This document shows, in pieces, positions 1 through 12,764 of a stretch of DNA of 60,000 nt. The notes below the pieces were generated by a model that made no database searches, was not told where the DNA came from, and saw only the letters and a list, made by a program, of their open reading frames with translations. Both the position numbers and the translations under genes were made by a program. Within the stretch, counting starts at the first letter, position 1, and each line of letters opens with the position of its first letter. Source of the stretch: Camelus ferus (taxonomy: Eukaryota); NCBI RefSeq assembly GCF_009834535.1, contig NC_045696.1, positions 92,072,001 to 92,132,000 of the forward strand, in the 5' to 3' direction.

Positions 1-963
1 GTTTACTAGCCATTCTTATATCATCTTTTGTGAAGTTCAGATCATTTGCCCCTTGTTTTTTGGGACTGTTTTATCTTCACCTACTGAGCTATAAGGGTAC
101 TTTACATATTCTGGATACTAGCCTTTTTTGTTGTTGTTCATTTCACTTAAGCTGTCAAATTTATTGACGAAGGTGTTTTTATTACTTTATTATGCTTTAA
201 ATATTTATAGAATCTGTTGTGATGTCCCCTCTTTGGTTCCTAATATTGGTGTCTTTCTTCTTTATTGATTTTATTAATCTTTAAAAAAAAAAACAGCTTT
301 TGGTTTACTTGATTCTACTGATTTATGCTCTTATTCTTATTATTTCTTTCTTTCTGCTGACTTTGGTTTAAACTCTCCTCTTTCATAGTTTAAGTCGAAA
401 GCTTTGTTGATACTGTTGTACTTCTCTCATTTTCTAATATAAGCCTTTAAAGGTATAAACCTCTAAGAATTGCTTTTGCTGCATCCCACAAATTTTGATT
501 GTTGTGCTTTCACTTTCATTCTGTTTAAGACGTTTTCTAACTTCCCTGTGTTTCTTCTTTGATGCATAGGTTTAGACACGTGCATCGTAATTTCTAAATA
601 TTTAGGGATTTTCCAGTTACCTTTCTATTACTGACCTCTAATTAATTTACCTTATAGTCAGAGAATATCCTCTGATTTCAACTTAAGACTTGTTTAATGA
701 TCTATATGGTCTAGCTTGATGATTATTCTGTGTGCACTTGAAAGAATGTGTATTCTGCTACTGTTGGGTGGAACAGTCTACAGATTCAATTAGGTCAAGT
801 TGGTGGTGTTCAGGTATTCTATGTCCTTAATTTCCTGTCTTCTTGCCCAGTTGATTATTGAGCTAAAAGTATTGAAATTTCTGACCATAATTATGGCTTT
901 GTCTATTTTCCCTTGCAGTTCTGTTAGTTTTCACTTCATATATTTTGAAGCTGTTACTAGGTG
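1..963 (-). mobile_element. Old L1 (L1M-type) fragments, antisense, mostly ORF2 endonuclease region
   Basis: Typical antisense L1 motifs: 'tttgctgcatcccacaaattttgat', 'gaatgtgtattctgctactgttgggtgg', 'tatattttgaagctgttactagg'. Confidence 0.85.
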
Positions 964-1084
964 TCATCAAGGACACTCCACTCTGATCAGAACTCAAATG
1001 TCTTCCAGGCCTATAGGAGGCCTGGAAATTGACCTAGAGCTCCTGGTCATTATATAAGTCTTACAATAAGCCAGATACTGTGTT

Positions 1085-1470
1085 CATCCATCAGAATGGG
1101 CTAGGCTATGTTGTATTAACAGGCAACCCCCAAAGCTTAGTGGCTTATAACTTACAACAAAGTTTTCTTTCTTGCTTATGATACATGTCCACTGCATGTT
1201 GGCTGTGACTGTCTCCTACATCTTCTTTGCTTTGAAACTCAGAGTGATGGAGCAGCTGCTGTCTAGAACATCGTTGGTCATTATGGAAGAAGGAAAAGAA
1301 CATGGCAAATGGTGTACTGGCTCTTAAATTGTCTGTCTCAAAGTGTTATATGTCACCTCCATTCATATTTTTTTGGTCTAAATCAACCCTTGTGGCCAAG
1401 GCTTACATCACTAGGATTGGGAAGTCTAATCTTTTCCCAGGAAAGAGCACTGAGTATTTGTGAACAATAA
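1085..1470 (-). mobile_element. MaLR LTR (MLT1J/K-like)
   Basis: 'gggctaggctatgttgtattaacaggcaacccccaaagcttagtggctt' resembles the reverse-complemented MLT1 3' end. Confidence 0.75.
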
Positions 1471-1479
1471 AATAGCCTA

Positions 1480-1675
1480 CCATACTGGGCTATGCATTCA
1501 AGCACTTTCTCCTTTAGTTTTCTTAACAGCCTTCTAGAAATAGGTAATATTATTGTCTCCATTTCACAGATGAGGAAACTGAGGCTCAGAGAGTAACCTG
1601 GCAAAAGTCAAACAATAATTAAGTGGCAGGACCTGGACCCAGCTTGTTTGACCCCAATGTAATTGTGCTATCCTG
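1480..1675 (-). mobile_element. MIR SINE
   Basis: MIR core 'catttcacagatgaggaaactgaggctcagagag'. Confidence 0.9.
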
Positions 1676-4232
1676 CTAGAAGAGAAAAGGAAGGGGAAGG
1701 AGTGGGGGAGTCCAGGAAAGAGTATAGCAGAGAGGCAACAAACAGAGACACTAAAAATAATTGCAAACAATTTCCTGAAGAACTCCACTCCGGTGATCAG
1801 AAAGGGTAATGAGAAGAGAATGGGGAGAGCCAGAGACAAGAGAAACTCCTCTTACCCCAGTTCTTCCCAGTCCACCCCCATCCTATGTCCATCCCATTCT
1901 ACTTGCACTTATCCCACACCATCCCTCCAAAGGCCCTAACCCTATTACCTACACTGAGATGCCCCTAAATCCCAGTCTATTTTAATTGATTATTCTGTTT
2001 ATGGAGTACCAAAAAAATTAGTTACTACATAAATTTAGCGTTCACCAAAGATATTTCCATTATTTATTCCTAGTATATTATAAAAATCCCAAGATTTGAC
2101 AATTTTGTATTATTGTCTATGGAAACATGTATGTTAATGATTTGTGCCTGCCCTTTAAACTAAAACCAGCATCCAAAGCTTTCTGAAATAATTCTATGAG
2201 AATTGGAGGTGGACATAGTTCATTAGCACAACTTTAGAATTACATTAAAAAGAAAAAATAAACTGGAAAATACTATTAGCATATATTTAAAAGGCTTAAA
2301 ATCCACATTCTATAAAATGCTCATACAAAAATATTAATTCCTCATTATAGTAAATGAGCTGGGGAAAGAAACAGACATTACATTCAAAAGGAAATAACTA
2401 GTAAATACATGGAAATGAATTCAATCTCACTAATGTAAAAGAAATACAAATTAAAATGACAATGAGGGCCACTTGTTAAAGGGGCATACAACTCTTTAAA
2501 TGTCAGTACTTGGTCAGAGAGGTTTTTTTCCTTCAGTGAAATTGTTCTAATCTTAAAAGTGCTGGTGATATTCCTTATTGAGAACCATGTAATAGCACAT
2601 AACATATAATAAGCTCATATGGGCTAAAGGTCATATTATTTAAGCCTGTATTTTCCGGAAATGGACCCTGACTTAGTCCCAGCATTCTAGTCGGGGCACA
2701 GCAGCACCCCCAGTAAACCTCTGATGGAGAATTGTCTCTCTGATGGAAAAGTTGGGACGATGGGCAGGGCCCTCACAGCCCCTTAAACACAGACTGAAAT
2801 AAAACTCCCTTCATATCCAGTCCTATCTCTTAGAACGTATTCTGAAGAAATAACCCGTAAGGAGAAAAAGTGAAATAAACAAAGATTAGCTGCAGTGTTA
2901 ATTATTATAGAAAAGGCTACAAAATAGATGCCCGATAGCAGGGGAATAATTTAAAATATGGTATTGCAAGTAAAATGTAAACTGGAAAGCCTGCCCAGCA
3001 ACATGGAGCATGTCTGAGGTGGGATTAACTGAAAACAGGAGAACGAACTCACGGCAGGTTCTCACAAGGGCTGGAGGGGAGCAGGGTTGAAGGAAAAGTC
3101 AGCTCTGCGGAGGCAACAAGACTCTGAGCAAAAGTTCTCTCACACTTATTTAGATTTCTTGTGTAATACAGATAGAATATTTACGTAGTAAGAGATCTAT
3201 TTTTAGAGAAAAGGAGAAATAGGACACTGACCCTTTTCTACTCTGCTTCTCATTAGAAGCTCCAGAATTTCATTAAAATGCAAAACTCAAAATCATCCTC
3301 GTTTTTGGTACATTCTGATAAATATGTTATAAACTTACTCTGAAATTTGAATTGGTCATTCTTGTGGGAGGGTTTGTGTGTAGATAAATAGCTCTTATAT
3401 TAATCCAATTAATATAAGTTTGGAAGACTGTAGGGGAATGTACACAGATTATATTGTCCACTTGTTAAGGTTTTAAATTACAGGGCATGATGCACAGTTT
3501 GTAAAGTCAAAAGGCAGAGGAGAAACTTACTTTTTAAAGCATAGTATTTACATTTTAAAAAACGCTCAATGTGTTTTTGTTTTTGACTGTATTTCAGGTA
3601 AGGAATGTCTCCATTTAAAACAGTGGGTTTAATTGTTAAGCTCAGAAAAGTACAATAAATACAATTTTATCTGTGTTTCCAGACTTTTGGATACTCCTGT
3701 AGTGTTTTTGTTGTGCTTTTCAGATGAACAGTGGGCCTACTGCATGATATTTAAAGATATTTCACCTGGAAAGGGGTTTGGAGGTTGAAGAAAAATACTC
3801 AGCAAATTACTTGGAAATGTAACTGAAATACCATTTACAAACAAATTTATCCAACATTTTGAATACCCCGTGGTGTCTCATCCATAGAATTGTATTTTAT
3901 CAATGGAAGAAATAGAAAAGCCAGACACAATCTCCCAAACTGGGAGGATGGGAGGGCAGAGGAGGGGTGGGGGCAACAAGAGGTGTAGGTTCTTGTGGCT
4001 GTCGGTTAGGTTTGAACGGAAGCCTTGAAATGACTTATGGGCTTACCGATTAACAAGCATGAGATTGAGGGGAGTGAACAGGGAGCAGAAAAAGAGCAAT
4101 GTGCCCTTGATACCCCTGGGAACAGCTTTCTTAGTCCCACCTTAAGGCTGGGATACAGTTTCCAGGTAGAGAAAACTCTCAATGCCCCCTCTCTTCTCAG
4201 TAGCTCTCCCAACCCTCAGAGATGACAGTGGG

Positions 4233-4280
4233 CTCTCTCTCTGTCTCTGTCTTTGTCTCTGTGTGTGTGTGTGTGTGTGT
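4233..4280. repeat. Compound (CT)n/(GT)n microsatellite
   Basis: ctctctctctgtctctgt... followed by (gt)10. Confidence 0.9.
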
Positions 4281-5573
4281 TTGGGGGTGGGGGTAGAAGC
4301 AGAGGCAGTGGGATGAGGAAGGAGAAAAAAAATCTCCTAGAAGATAATGAGGCTGTTGAGTGTGGGAGCCCAGAGCAGAAACTATTCTGGTGCTTGAGAG
4401 AACAGGAAGTCGTGTGTATAAATGTGCCTGCGTGTGGGTCTCTTTTTAGATTCTTTCATTCAGGAGGCATCTCCCTGGAGACTGAGGAGATGGTAGGAGT
4501 CCCCTGGGGTGCTGTCAGCTCCATTTGCTGAACTGGTGGAGAAAGAGTGAAACGCATGAGGTAAAGGAAATGCCTCCAGCCAGCTGCCAGGGAGAGAGAG
4601 GCAGGAAGGGGAGAAAGGAGCTGGATGGTGCGAGGGACCTCAGACCTGAATAAGTTGGAGACGTTTCCAGATGTGGGTCCCTGCTCATTCTCCCAATCTC
4701 TCAGCACTAGTGCCCTGGTCAGGAAGGAAAACGGCACTGTCCCATGGTGCCCTCCGGCTCTAGGACAGCTGGAGGGATGCCCCCAAATTCATGTGCTCCC
4801 CTTCCTTACTTCTGGCCAAACCCCAAGACCCCTAGCCTCAAAGGAGAGCCACTCCCAGGCTGGAGCTAATGACAAATCCAGGGAGTGTGGTTGGAGGGCC
4901 AATACTTTTCCTCCAGGGCTTCAAGAACTCTACACTCTGTCAAACACTCTCCACCACCACGCCACCCCATCCTTCTGTCTGTCCTGACTCCCAGAAGTTT
5001 ATATCTGACCAGGAGCCACTAGGGCAGAGGAAGTTTGTGGAGTTGAAACGTCACACTGCACATTTGCAACAGCCTCCTTTGCTATTCTTTTTCATTGCAA
5101 ATGTAAAGTAACCCATCTGCGGTGTTGCTTCTGTGGTCCTATTTATATCCCAGTTTCTGGGGAAAGTGTGCTCTATGTTGGGGGGGTGGGGAATCCTGAT
5201 AAACATTTGGAGCACAGACTCTTTAAAGAATGTTGTCTTAAAGCCTCTGGAAATGCCACTTATCTACTACAACAAGCATCTTTTGTGTACCTTATGCCAG
5301 GGTTGGAGCCACTGCATCTGTGCTCTCATAAACTGGGCAGGTGCCATGGGATGGCTTTAGGTTGTACTCAGACAGGGCAGCAAATGCCATTGACTCACAT
5401 AGTGAGAAAGTTATCACCACTCTAGTTCTGTTTGCTTCTGATTACACCAACGACAAGGTCTCAGTTGGGAGCTACTGGATTTTTAACACTGTTCTAACAC
5501 TAGCTTATTGCTATTATTACTATTTCCACAGGTGTAGGCTCAGAGCTTTTGGCTGGTTTGGTTGGTACTGAGG

Positions 5574-7255
5574 GCAGAATTCCAAACTGGTGTCTCTGCA
5601 GCTGGATCCAGCCTGCACATATGATTTGCACTGCCCCCCAAAATTGTGTAAGCCAACATTTAAAAACTCAGGAAAATGTGCCTAAAAATCCAGATTTCTA
5701 ACATAGATCAATGGAACAGGATAGAAAGTCCAGAAATAAACCCATGCACTTATGGTCAATTAATCTATGACAATGAAGGTAAGAATATACAATGGAGAAA
5801 AGACAGTCTCTTCAACAAGTGGTGCTGGGGAAACTGGACAGCTACATGTAAAAGACTGAGATTAGAACATTCTCTAACACCACATACAAAAATAAACTCA
5901 AAATGGATTAAAGACTTAAATGTAAGACCAGATACTGTAAAACGCTGAGAGTAAAACAAAGGCAGAACACTCTTGGACATAAATCACAGCAATTTCTTTT
6001 TTTTTTTGAACCAGCTCCTAGAGCAATGGAAATAAAAGCAAAAATAAACAAGTGGAATCTAATTAAACTTAAAAGCTTTTGCACAGCTAAGGATACCATC
6101 AACAAAATGAAAAGACAACCTACAGAATGGGAGAAAATATTTGCAAATGATGCGACTGACAAGGGACTAATTTCCCAAACACACAAACAGCTCATACAGC
6201 TTAATATCAAACAAAACAAAACAACCAAGCAACCCAATCAAAAAATGGGCAGAAGACCTAAACAAGCAGTTCTCTAATGAAGACATATAAATAGCCAATA
6301 GGCCCATGAAAAAATGCTCAATATCACTGATTATCAGAGCAATGCAAATCAAAACTACAATGAGCTACCACCTCACACCAGTCAGAATGGCCATCATTAA
6401 AAAGTCCACAAACAATAAATGCTAGAGAGGGTAAGGAGAAAAGGGAATCCTCCTACACTGCTGGCAGGAATGTAAATTGGTGTAGCTACTATGGAGGACA
6501 ATATGGAGAGTCCTCAAAAAACTAAAAATAGACTTACCATATGATCCAGCAATCTCATTGCTGGGCATATATCTATCTGGAAGAAAATATAATTCAAAAA
6601 GATACATGCACCCCAATGTTCACAGCAGCACTATCCACAACAGCCAAGATACAGAAACAACCCAAATGTCCATTGACAGATGAATGGATAAAGAAGATGT
6701 AGTAAATATACATAAAATGGAATACTACTCAGCCATAAAAAAGCATAATAAAATAATACCATTTGCAGCAACGTGGATGGAGCTGGAGATTGTCATTCTA
6801 AGTGAAGTAAGTCAGAAAGAGAAAGAAATATATCATATGATACTGCTTATATGTGGAATCTAAAAAAAGGACACAAATGAACCTATCTATAAAACAGAAA
6901 CAAACTCACAAACATAGAGAACAAATTTATGGTTACCAGAGGGGTAAAGCAAGTAGGAAGGGATAAATTGGGAGTTTAAGATTTGTACCTCTTGGGGAGT
7001 GATTCAAATATTAGCTATCTTGATTGTGGTGGTGGTCTCACTGGTGTACACATTTATCAAAATTCATCAAATTATACATCTAAAATATGTGTAGTTTACT
7101 ATATAGGCATCAAACCACAATAAAGGTGTTAAAAAAAATACATTCTGACAAAAAGAAAAAAAATCCAGATTTCTAGCTTCTGTTGAATAATCAGAATGTC
7201 TGGCACCACCAGGCCCAAATTTCTTCATGGCAACAGCTGACTCTCCCCTTTAAAA
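5574..7255. mobile_element. MER102-like hAT-Charlie element split by an L1 insertion
   Basis: Halves join as 'aaaaatccagatttcta|gcttctgttgaataatcagaatgtctggcaccaccaggccc', which matches the recalled MER102 consensus. Confidence 0.7.
5701..7158 (+). mobile_element. 5'-truncated young L1 (ORF2 C-terminal part + 3'UTR) with 17-bp TSD
   Basis: Frameshifted ORF2 peptides [14 protein letters not shown]...[11 protein letters not shown] and KWNLIKLKSFCTAK; TSD aaaaatccagatttcta at 5684-5700 and 7159-7175; A-rich tail. Confidence 0.97.
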
Positions 7256-7489
7256 GTCCATATGGTTTCTAGACTTCACTTAAGAGCAGGGTTGGGAGCC
7301 TTGGGCAGTGCAGGGGCAAGCAGGAGCCAAACCTGGACTGGAAATATGTGGTCATCAATGAGGGGAGGCTGGATGGATGGCTCAGAGCCTGGAGGGGCTC
7401 CTTGAAGCAGAGATACAAGGGGAGGGGGCCTCTCATAGGGGCCTACAGGGAGGAACGGAACCATCAAAGAGATCAGCTGGTTCCAGCCA

Positions 7490-8440
7490 GGCAGGCCAAG
7501 GCCATACCAGGGTGGTGACTATGGAAATAGCTGAAAAGAGGTAAGAGCCACTTAGGAGGAAGATTCAGTAGGACTGGTGACTAAGAGGAAAGAGAGTCTG
7601 AAGGAGGAATTAAAAAAAAATGACTCTTAGACTTCTAACTTGGGAGCTGAGGAAATAGTAGTGCTATAAACACACATCACACAGAAAAGTGAGGAGGAAG
7701 AGGAAGTGTTTAAGTGGATGAGATATGAGGTGCCATCAGGATGTCCAGTTGGCACTGGAAGGACTAGGGTTTACAGAGATCTAGGCTGCAAGTAAACAGT
7801 AAGGTATTGTCTGCACAGAGATGAAGATGGAGAAAAGGCAGGGGGAGAGAGAGGAGAGTAAGGGGTGAATCTCGGGATATATTTATATTTAGGGAGTCCA
7901 TGAAAGTATCAGGAGTGGTCTGAGATGGAGGAGGAGAAACATTCAGCTCCATGCTGGTCAAGGGGCAAGGCTGCAGTGTTCAGTTAAGTCAAAATCTTCA
8001 AAGACCAAAGTGAATGAGGACAAAGAAGCAGAGTCCAAGGGAAATGTTTTCTAGAGAGAAGAGTTCTACGTTCAACTCATTCGACAAATACTTGAGAACC
8101 TGGCTCCTGTCCAGGCTCTGAATGAACCAAGGTGGACAGAGCAGAGACCCAGTCCCGAGGGAGCTCACATTCTGCTGGTGCGGCTGACACCACACAGACA
8201 CCGATGTGATCGCTGCTGCGAAGAACAATGAAGCGGGGCGAGTGGCTAGAGTGAAAGGGCGGCCCCATATGGCCTCTCTGAGGAGGGGGCATTTAAACAA
8301 AACCCTAAAGCAAGGGAGTGGGCCATACCAATATCTGAGGGAGAGTATCCCAGGCAGAGGGAAAAGCAAGCCAGGGCCAGGCCTGACCCTGGCACATGCT
8401 TGGTGGGTGTGAAAACGGCAAAGAGGCCAGAGTGGTCTCC
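7490..8440 (-). mobile_element. L2 fragments including a 3' end
   Basis: Purine-rich antisense L2 pattern; 'ttcaactcattcgacaaatacttgag' at ~8070 is a degenerate L2 3' tail. Confidence 0.7.
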
Positions 8441-9214
8441 TTGGAGGATTGAAACAAGGCAGTGGTATGTGTTCTTTCACTCTGAAAAGGACCACTTCAG
8501 ACATGTATGTGTCTCCAACTCCTTTTTCCTCTTGTTTGTCTCATCTGGGGCCAGTAGCACAATCTGACAGTCAACAAATACTGAACTGGACTGCTTTTCA
8601 GATGAGACCAACAAGAACCCTGAGAACTCAGAATGGGAGGAGAGTGACTTGTGAGCAAACACGCACCGGTGTTGGAATGTGCTGCGAGGGAGTGGGGGGT
8701 GGGGTAGCAATGAGAAAGCGGCCAGCATGCAGGGCAGCCGGTGCCATGGGCCTGCGGGGAAGGAGGCACAGGCCTGGACTGCACAGTCAGCCTCCCGCGT
8801 GTGGTCCTGCTGTCTAGACCGGCCACCCCAAGGGTCCCCTCGACAGCAGAAACTATGGCTGCTCTCACCAGAGATAGTTCACTCTCCCAATACAGGTTCT
8901 TGCAGGTGACTTGGCAAGGCCCGCCCAGGGGTCATTTTTGTGTGACATCTGTGTGAGCAGAACAACTGCTGACTCCACTCTCTAGTCTTCTTTTGTGCAT
9001 CTACTTCTGGCTATGAAGGCCTCAGTCCACCAGACCAGTTCAGACTCCCTCCTCATTTATTCTGGTTCTCTAAGTTTTTCACCATGAAATTACCCCAAAT
9101 CTGTGACCTACCCCTAAGTATCAAAATAACTTTGGCACAAAAGACTCCCAATCCCCCAAACAGCCATTTCCACTGTTAGAGCGTGAAAGAACCTCTACTG
9201 TCACTTAATTCAAT

Positions 9215-9370
9215 CCTTCCCTCCCCGAAGCTGGCTGCCATGCAGAATCAGCAGCATAATTTTCCTGGGCCCCACGCCTGGAAATCCTGATTCAGTAGGT
9301 TGTGGTGGAGCCCAGAGTCAGAATTTTAACACACCTCCGGCGTGGTTCTCACATAGCCCTGTGACCGCTG
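9215..9370. mobile_element. MER5-like hAT element
   Basis: 'cctgggccccacgcctggaaatcctgattcagtaggt'. Confidence 0.7.
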
Positions 9371-9379
9371 ATGTGACCT

Positions 9380-9680
9380 CTCCCCTCATCTTATAAATGA
9401 GGCCTCTAAGGCCAGAGCACTTGGCCACCTGGTCCAAGGTCATGCTGCCCCTGTTAATAACAAACACTTCCTTGACACTTCACAGGGTACTTTGTTTCAT
9501 GTGATCTTCCAATAACCCTCAAGGCTGGTGTTATTACAGGATCATCCCCAGTTTACAGAGGAAAGAAAGCAGCTGGAGAAGAGGCAAGTGACTTATCTAA
9601 CGGCTCACTGTTAATGGACAGACCAACCTTGCACTCAGATTTCCTAACCCCCAGTCCTGCCATTTTTTTCACTGAAAAAT
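9380..9680 (-). mobile_element. MIR fragments
   Basis: 'ccctcatcttataaatgagg', 'ccccagtttacagaggaaag...gtgacttatc'. Confidence 0.7.
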
Positions 9681-9859
9681 AAAGGTCCTGAGCCAAGCAG
9701 AAGGCGGATGGGACTAGGCAGTAAGGACATTCTAGGCCAAATTCCACACAATTCTGGCCCCTTATTGCTTGCTGTCACCCAAAGAAATGAGTAGTATACA
9801 AAGAAGACATCGACTTCCTCCGTGGTTTTACAGGCCTTATAATGACCAATTTAACCTTT

Positions 9860-10095
9860 GAAACAGATTTTTAACTATGAAACTGTTCAAATATACAGAA
9901 TCAGAAAGAATAGAATAGTAAATCTCTATCCCAAATCCAGACTCAACAATGATCATGCTTTTGCACCATTTGCTCTATCAAGCCCCCTTTATTATTTTTC
10001 TTCTTTTTTCCTTGAAGTTCTTAATTTTAAAATATTTTTAAAACAAATCCCAGACATCATGTCTTTCCTTCCCATCACACTTCTGGCTGCATCTC
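9860..10095 (-). mobile_element. Ancient L1ME 3' fragment
   Basis: 'gaaactgttcaaatatacagaa...aaacaaatcccagacatcatgtc'. Confidence 0.65.
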
Positions 10096-11522
10096 ATCCA
10101 AACACCTAAACTTTGTGCTTGAAGGAGTGTGACTTTGCAGACAGAGCCAGCTGGGACCTTCCTCTACCAGGAGCACAGGTGCCAGCAAGCACCGCAGATC
10201 CACCCAGGTGCGCCAGCAGGGCCGTGCTGGGCTCTGGCACCAGGTGTGGGTTCTCAATCATCCTGGCTGGCAAACACATTTTGGGCTTCCTCCAAACCCT
10301 CTGACACACTTGAATGTTGATTTAATCCAGTCTCGGTTTGCCAGTTACTGCTTGCCTGCTTCAAGACTGTCAGAAAAGGAAATAGGAAGTAGCCTCAGAA
10401 CAGTTACTCAAACCCTGGTTCACAGGTAGACCTGTAACTAATTCCCTCCCACAGTGAGATAGAAAACATCTAATCCTGCTGCCATAAATCTGAGCCAATC
10501 ACGGAGAAATCCATCAGTCTTAGCATACAGCAGGCAGGAAAGAGTGGTCATTATTATTAGCAACTACTTGTTAAATATTTGCCTGATCAGTGCTGGGGTG
10601 CCCACCAGCCACACGGAGATGACAGGTAATCTAAGGCCACCACTGCAGCAGGTGGGTGGGTGTGACAAGAGGGCCCTTTTATAGATCACTTGGTTGAGGC
10701 TGTCCTGCTACCAGCCACCAGCTGTTGCCATCAGTACTACACCTATGAAATCAAAAGCCAGAGCCATGAAACGTGGAGTGAAACACGTCCATCTAAGCTT
10801 TAGTCCAGGCCTCTGGCTCTGTCTCAAACAATGCCGTGTGCTGACTTCCCTCAATCTGTCTGGCCAGCATCCCCACCTCCCTACCGACCCTAATAGGCAT
10901 TCGTAGGAAGCTCTCAAACGTCAGGCTGCTGAGACTCTTCCCCATTCTGCTGACGCACCATCTGACACAGGCTGGACGCAGGAACCACAACTTTGGGTTA
11001 AGTTACCCACACTTCTATTTCTGGGAGACCGCAGCATATATGTGTCCTAAAATGCTGTCAGGAAACAAGAATAGCCAAGCTCGACACATATTTTTACAAA
11101 CACCTACTAGTTTCCACTTTTAATTTGAGTAACTGATACTTGACTGCTTTGTAGCTACATGAGGACCTCAGTACGGGATTCTGCCGCCACCACGCTATCT
11201 GACACCCATTGACTCACCTAATGAAATTCTTCTCTCACAAGATCACATTGCTGTTTTCATGTGGGTGAACAGGGACTGAGACAATCAGTGCTGTAGTTTA
11301 TTTTTCAGCTCAAACGGGAACTAATGTCACCTGATACCAGGATGCATACCCCCAATTGAAATTAAACTGTATGTGGCATAATTTATAAATAAGTGGGTCT
11401 GTCTTTACGATACTGGAATTACCTCTTAAAAATTAAATAATTCAGTTAATTGAGCTGACTGTTTTGTAGAAAGGATTATTTGGAGTTTCCTCACAATGAT
11501 AGGCACTGCTTATTATATGAAT

Positions 11523-11697
11523 CAGGGTGGAGACTAGGGTGAGGCCAAATGAGGCGCCTAGGGCACAAAATTTAAGGAGGCACTCATTCTCAGGGTCGTG
11601 CAAGTGTCGGGTCCACAGTTACAGGATCCTGAGAGTGAATGCCTCCTTAAAATTTACCCTTGGGCACTCTACTTGCCTGCCCTGGTCTCAGCCACAC
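11523..11697. mobile_element. MER96-like palindromic hAT MITE
   Basis: Inverted arms 'aaaatttaaggaggcactcattctcagg' and 'cctgagagtgaatgcctccttaaaattt'; terminus 'cagggtggagactagggtgaggc'. Confidence 0.85.
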
Positions 11698-12149
11698 CTC
11701 AAGTGAGGCTTCAAGAAGCAATAGCAGTTACCTTGTTAAGTTACAGAGCTTCCCAGTCCAAATCAGGGAGATTCCGGTTCAGAACATCTGGGGTGAGGTT
11801 CAGGAATCATTTAAAATAAGCCCCCTTGGGTAATACTGATATGTAGCCAGGTTTGGGATCCACTGATGTAATACTTAGAATATCACTATTAGAAGGTGAC
11901 ATCCCCTTAAATTTAGCATGATTAGCTCCAAGTATAAATATTGGACCAGCATTAGGAATCAGTTTATCCTATTATCATTCTCTTTTGACTACGTACTTTT
12001 CCCCCCATCTGTTAGGCACATGTTGCTTTATAGAGAAATGATCATTACTGTTCTCTCCAGCTTTAATAATAAAATTAAGAAAAAATTTTTAAAAATTAGA
12101 CCAATTCTGAGTTTTCTCCATGTAAAAATTACTTGGAGATTTGATTCTC

Positions 12150-12560
12150 TATCAGATAGGACTGTGTTCTGCTGCAACCAACGTAAGTTCCTACTAACAG
12201 CGGCGCGAATAAGTAGGGACTTATTTTTCCCAGAACTAGCAGTAAGGCGGTAGATGCCTGCTGGCATTGGTCAGCAGCATGCTAAAATCAAGGTTAAGAG
12301 CTCTATGAGTCTCTTGGGCTTTCCTTGGGTTTGTTTGCCTCGTGGCCCTCAAAAGACAGCTGTAGTTCCAGGGGTCACCTACCTTCAAGTCGGCGAGGAA
12401 AGAAGCAGCAGAAGTGCACTGTCAGCCTTGTCTGTTCCCTCATATCAAGAAAGTAAAATCCTTCCCAGAAACCACCCCCTCCCACACCTCCACGAGCTCT
12501 CATTGGCCAGAACTGGGTCACATGGCCACCTGCTGAAAGGGAGGCTGGGAAATCAGGGGC
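12150..12560 (-). mobile_element. MaLR LTR (MLT1K/L-like)
   Basis: 'tctcattggccagaactgggtcacatggccacc...gggaggctgggaaat'. Confidence 0.75.
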
Positions 12561-12584
12561 CAGGCTCCTTGTAAGGAGCTTAGA

Positions 12585-12755
12585 TTAGTGCTTCTCAAAC
12601 TGGCAGGCACCAGAGTCACCTGGAGGGCTTATTAAAACACCCCCAGAGGTTCTGATTCAGTAGCCCTGGGTTAGGACCTAAGGATTTGTATTGTTTAAAG
12701 TTCGCAGTTGATGCTGATACCTCTGGTCTTGGGAAAACACTTTGAGAACCACTGA
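12585..12755. mobile_element. MER5A
   Basis: 'agtgcttctcaaact...cacctggagggcttattaaaac...cactttgagaaccactg' with terminal inverted repeats. Confidence 0.85.
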
Positions 12756-12764
12756 CTTCTCGCC

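Noticed and set aside
5676..6277. ORFs with real protein similarity (90 aa and 83 aa)
   Set aside because: Frameshifted L1 ORF2 fragments, not a host gene
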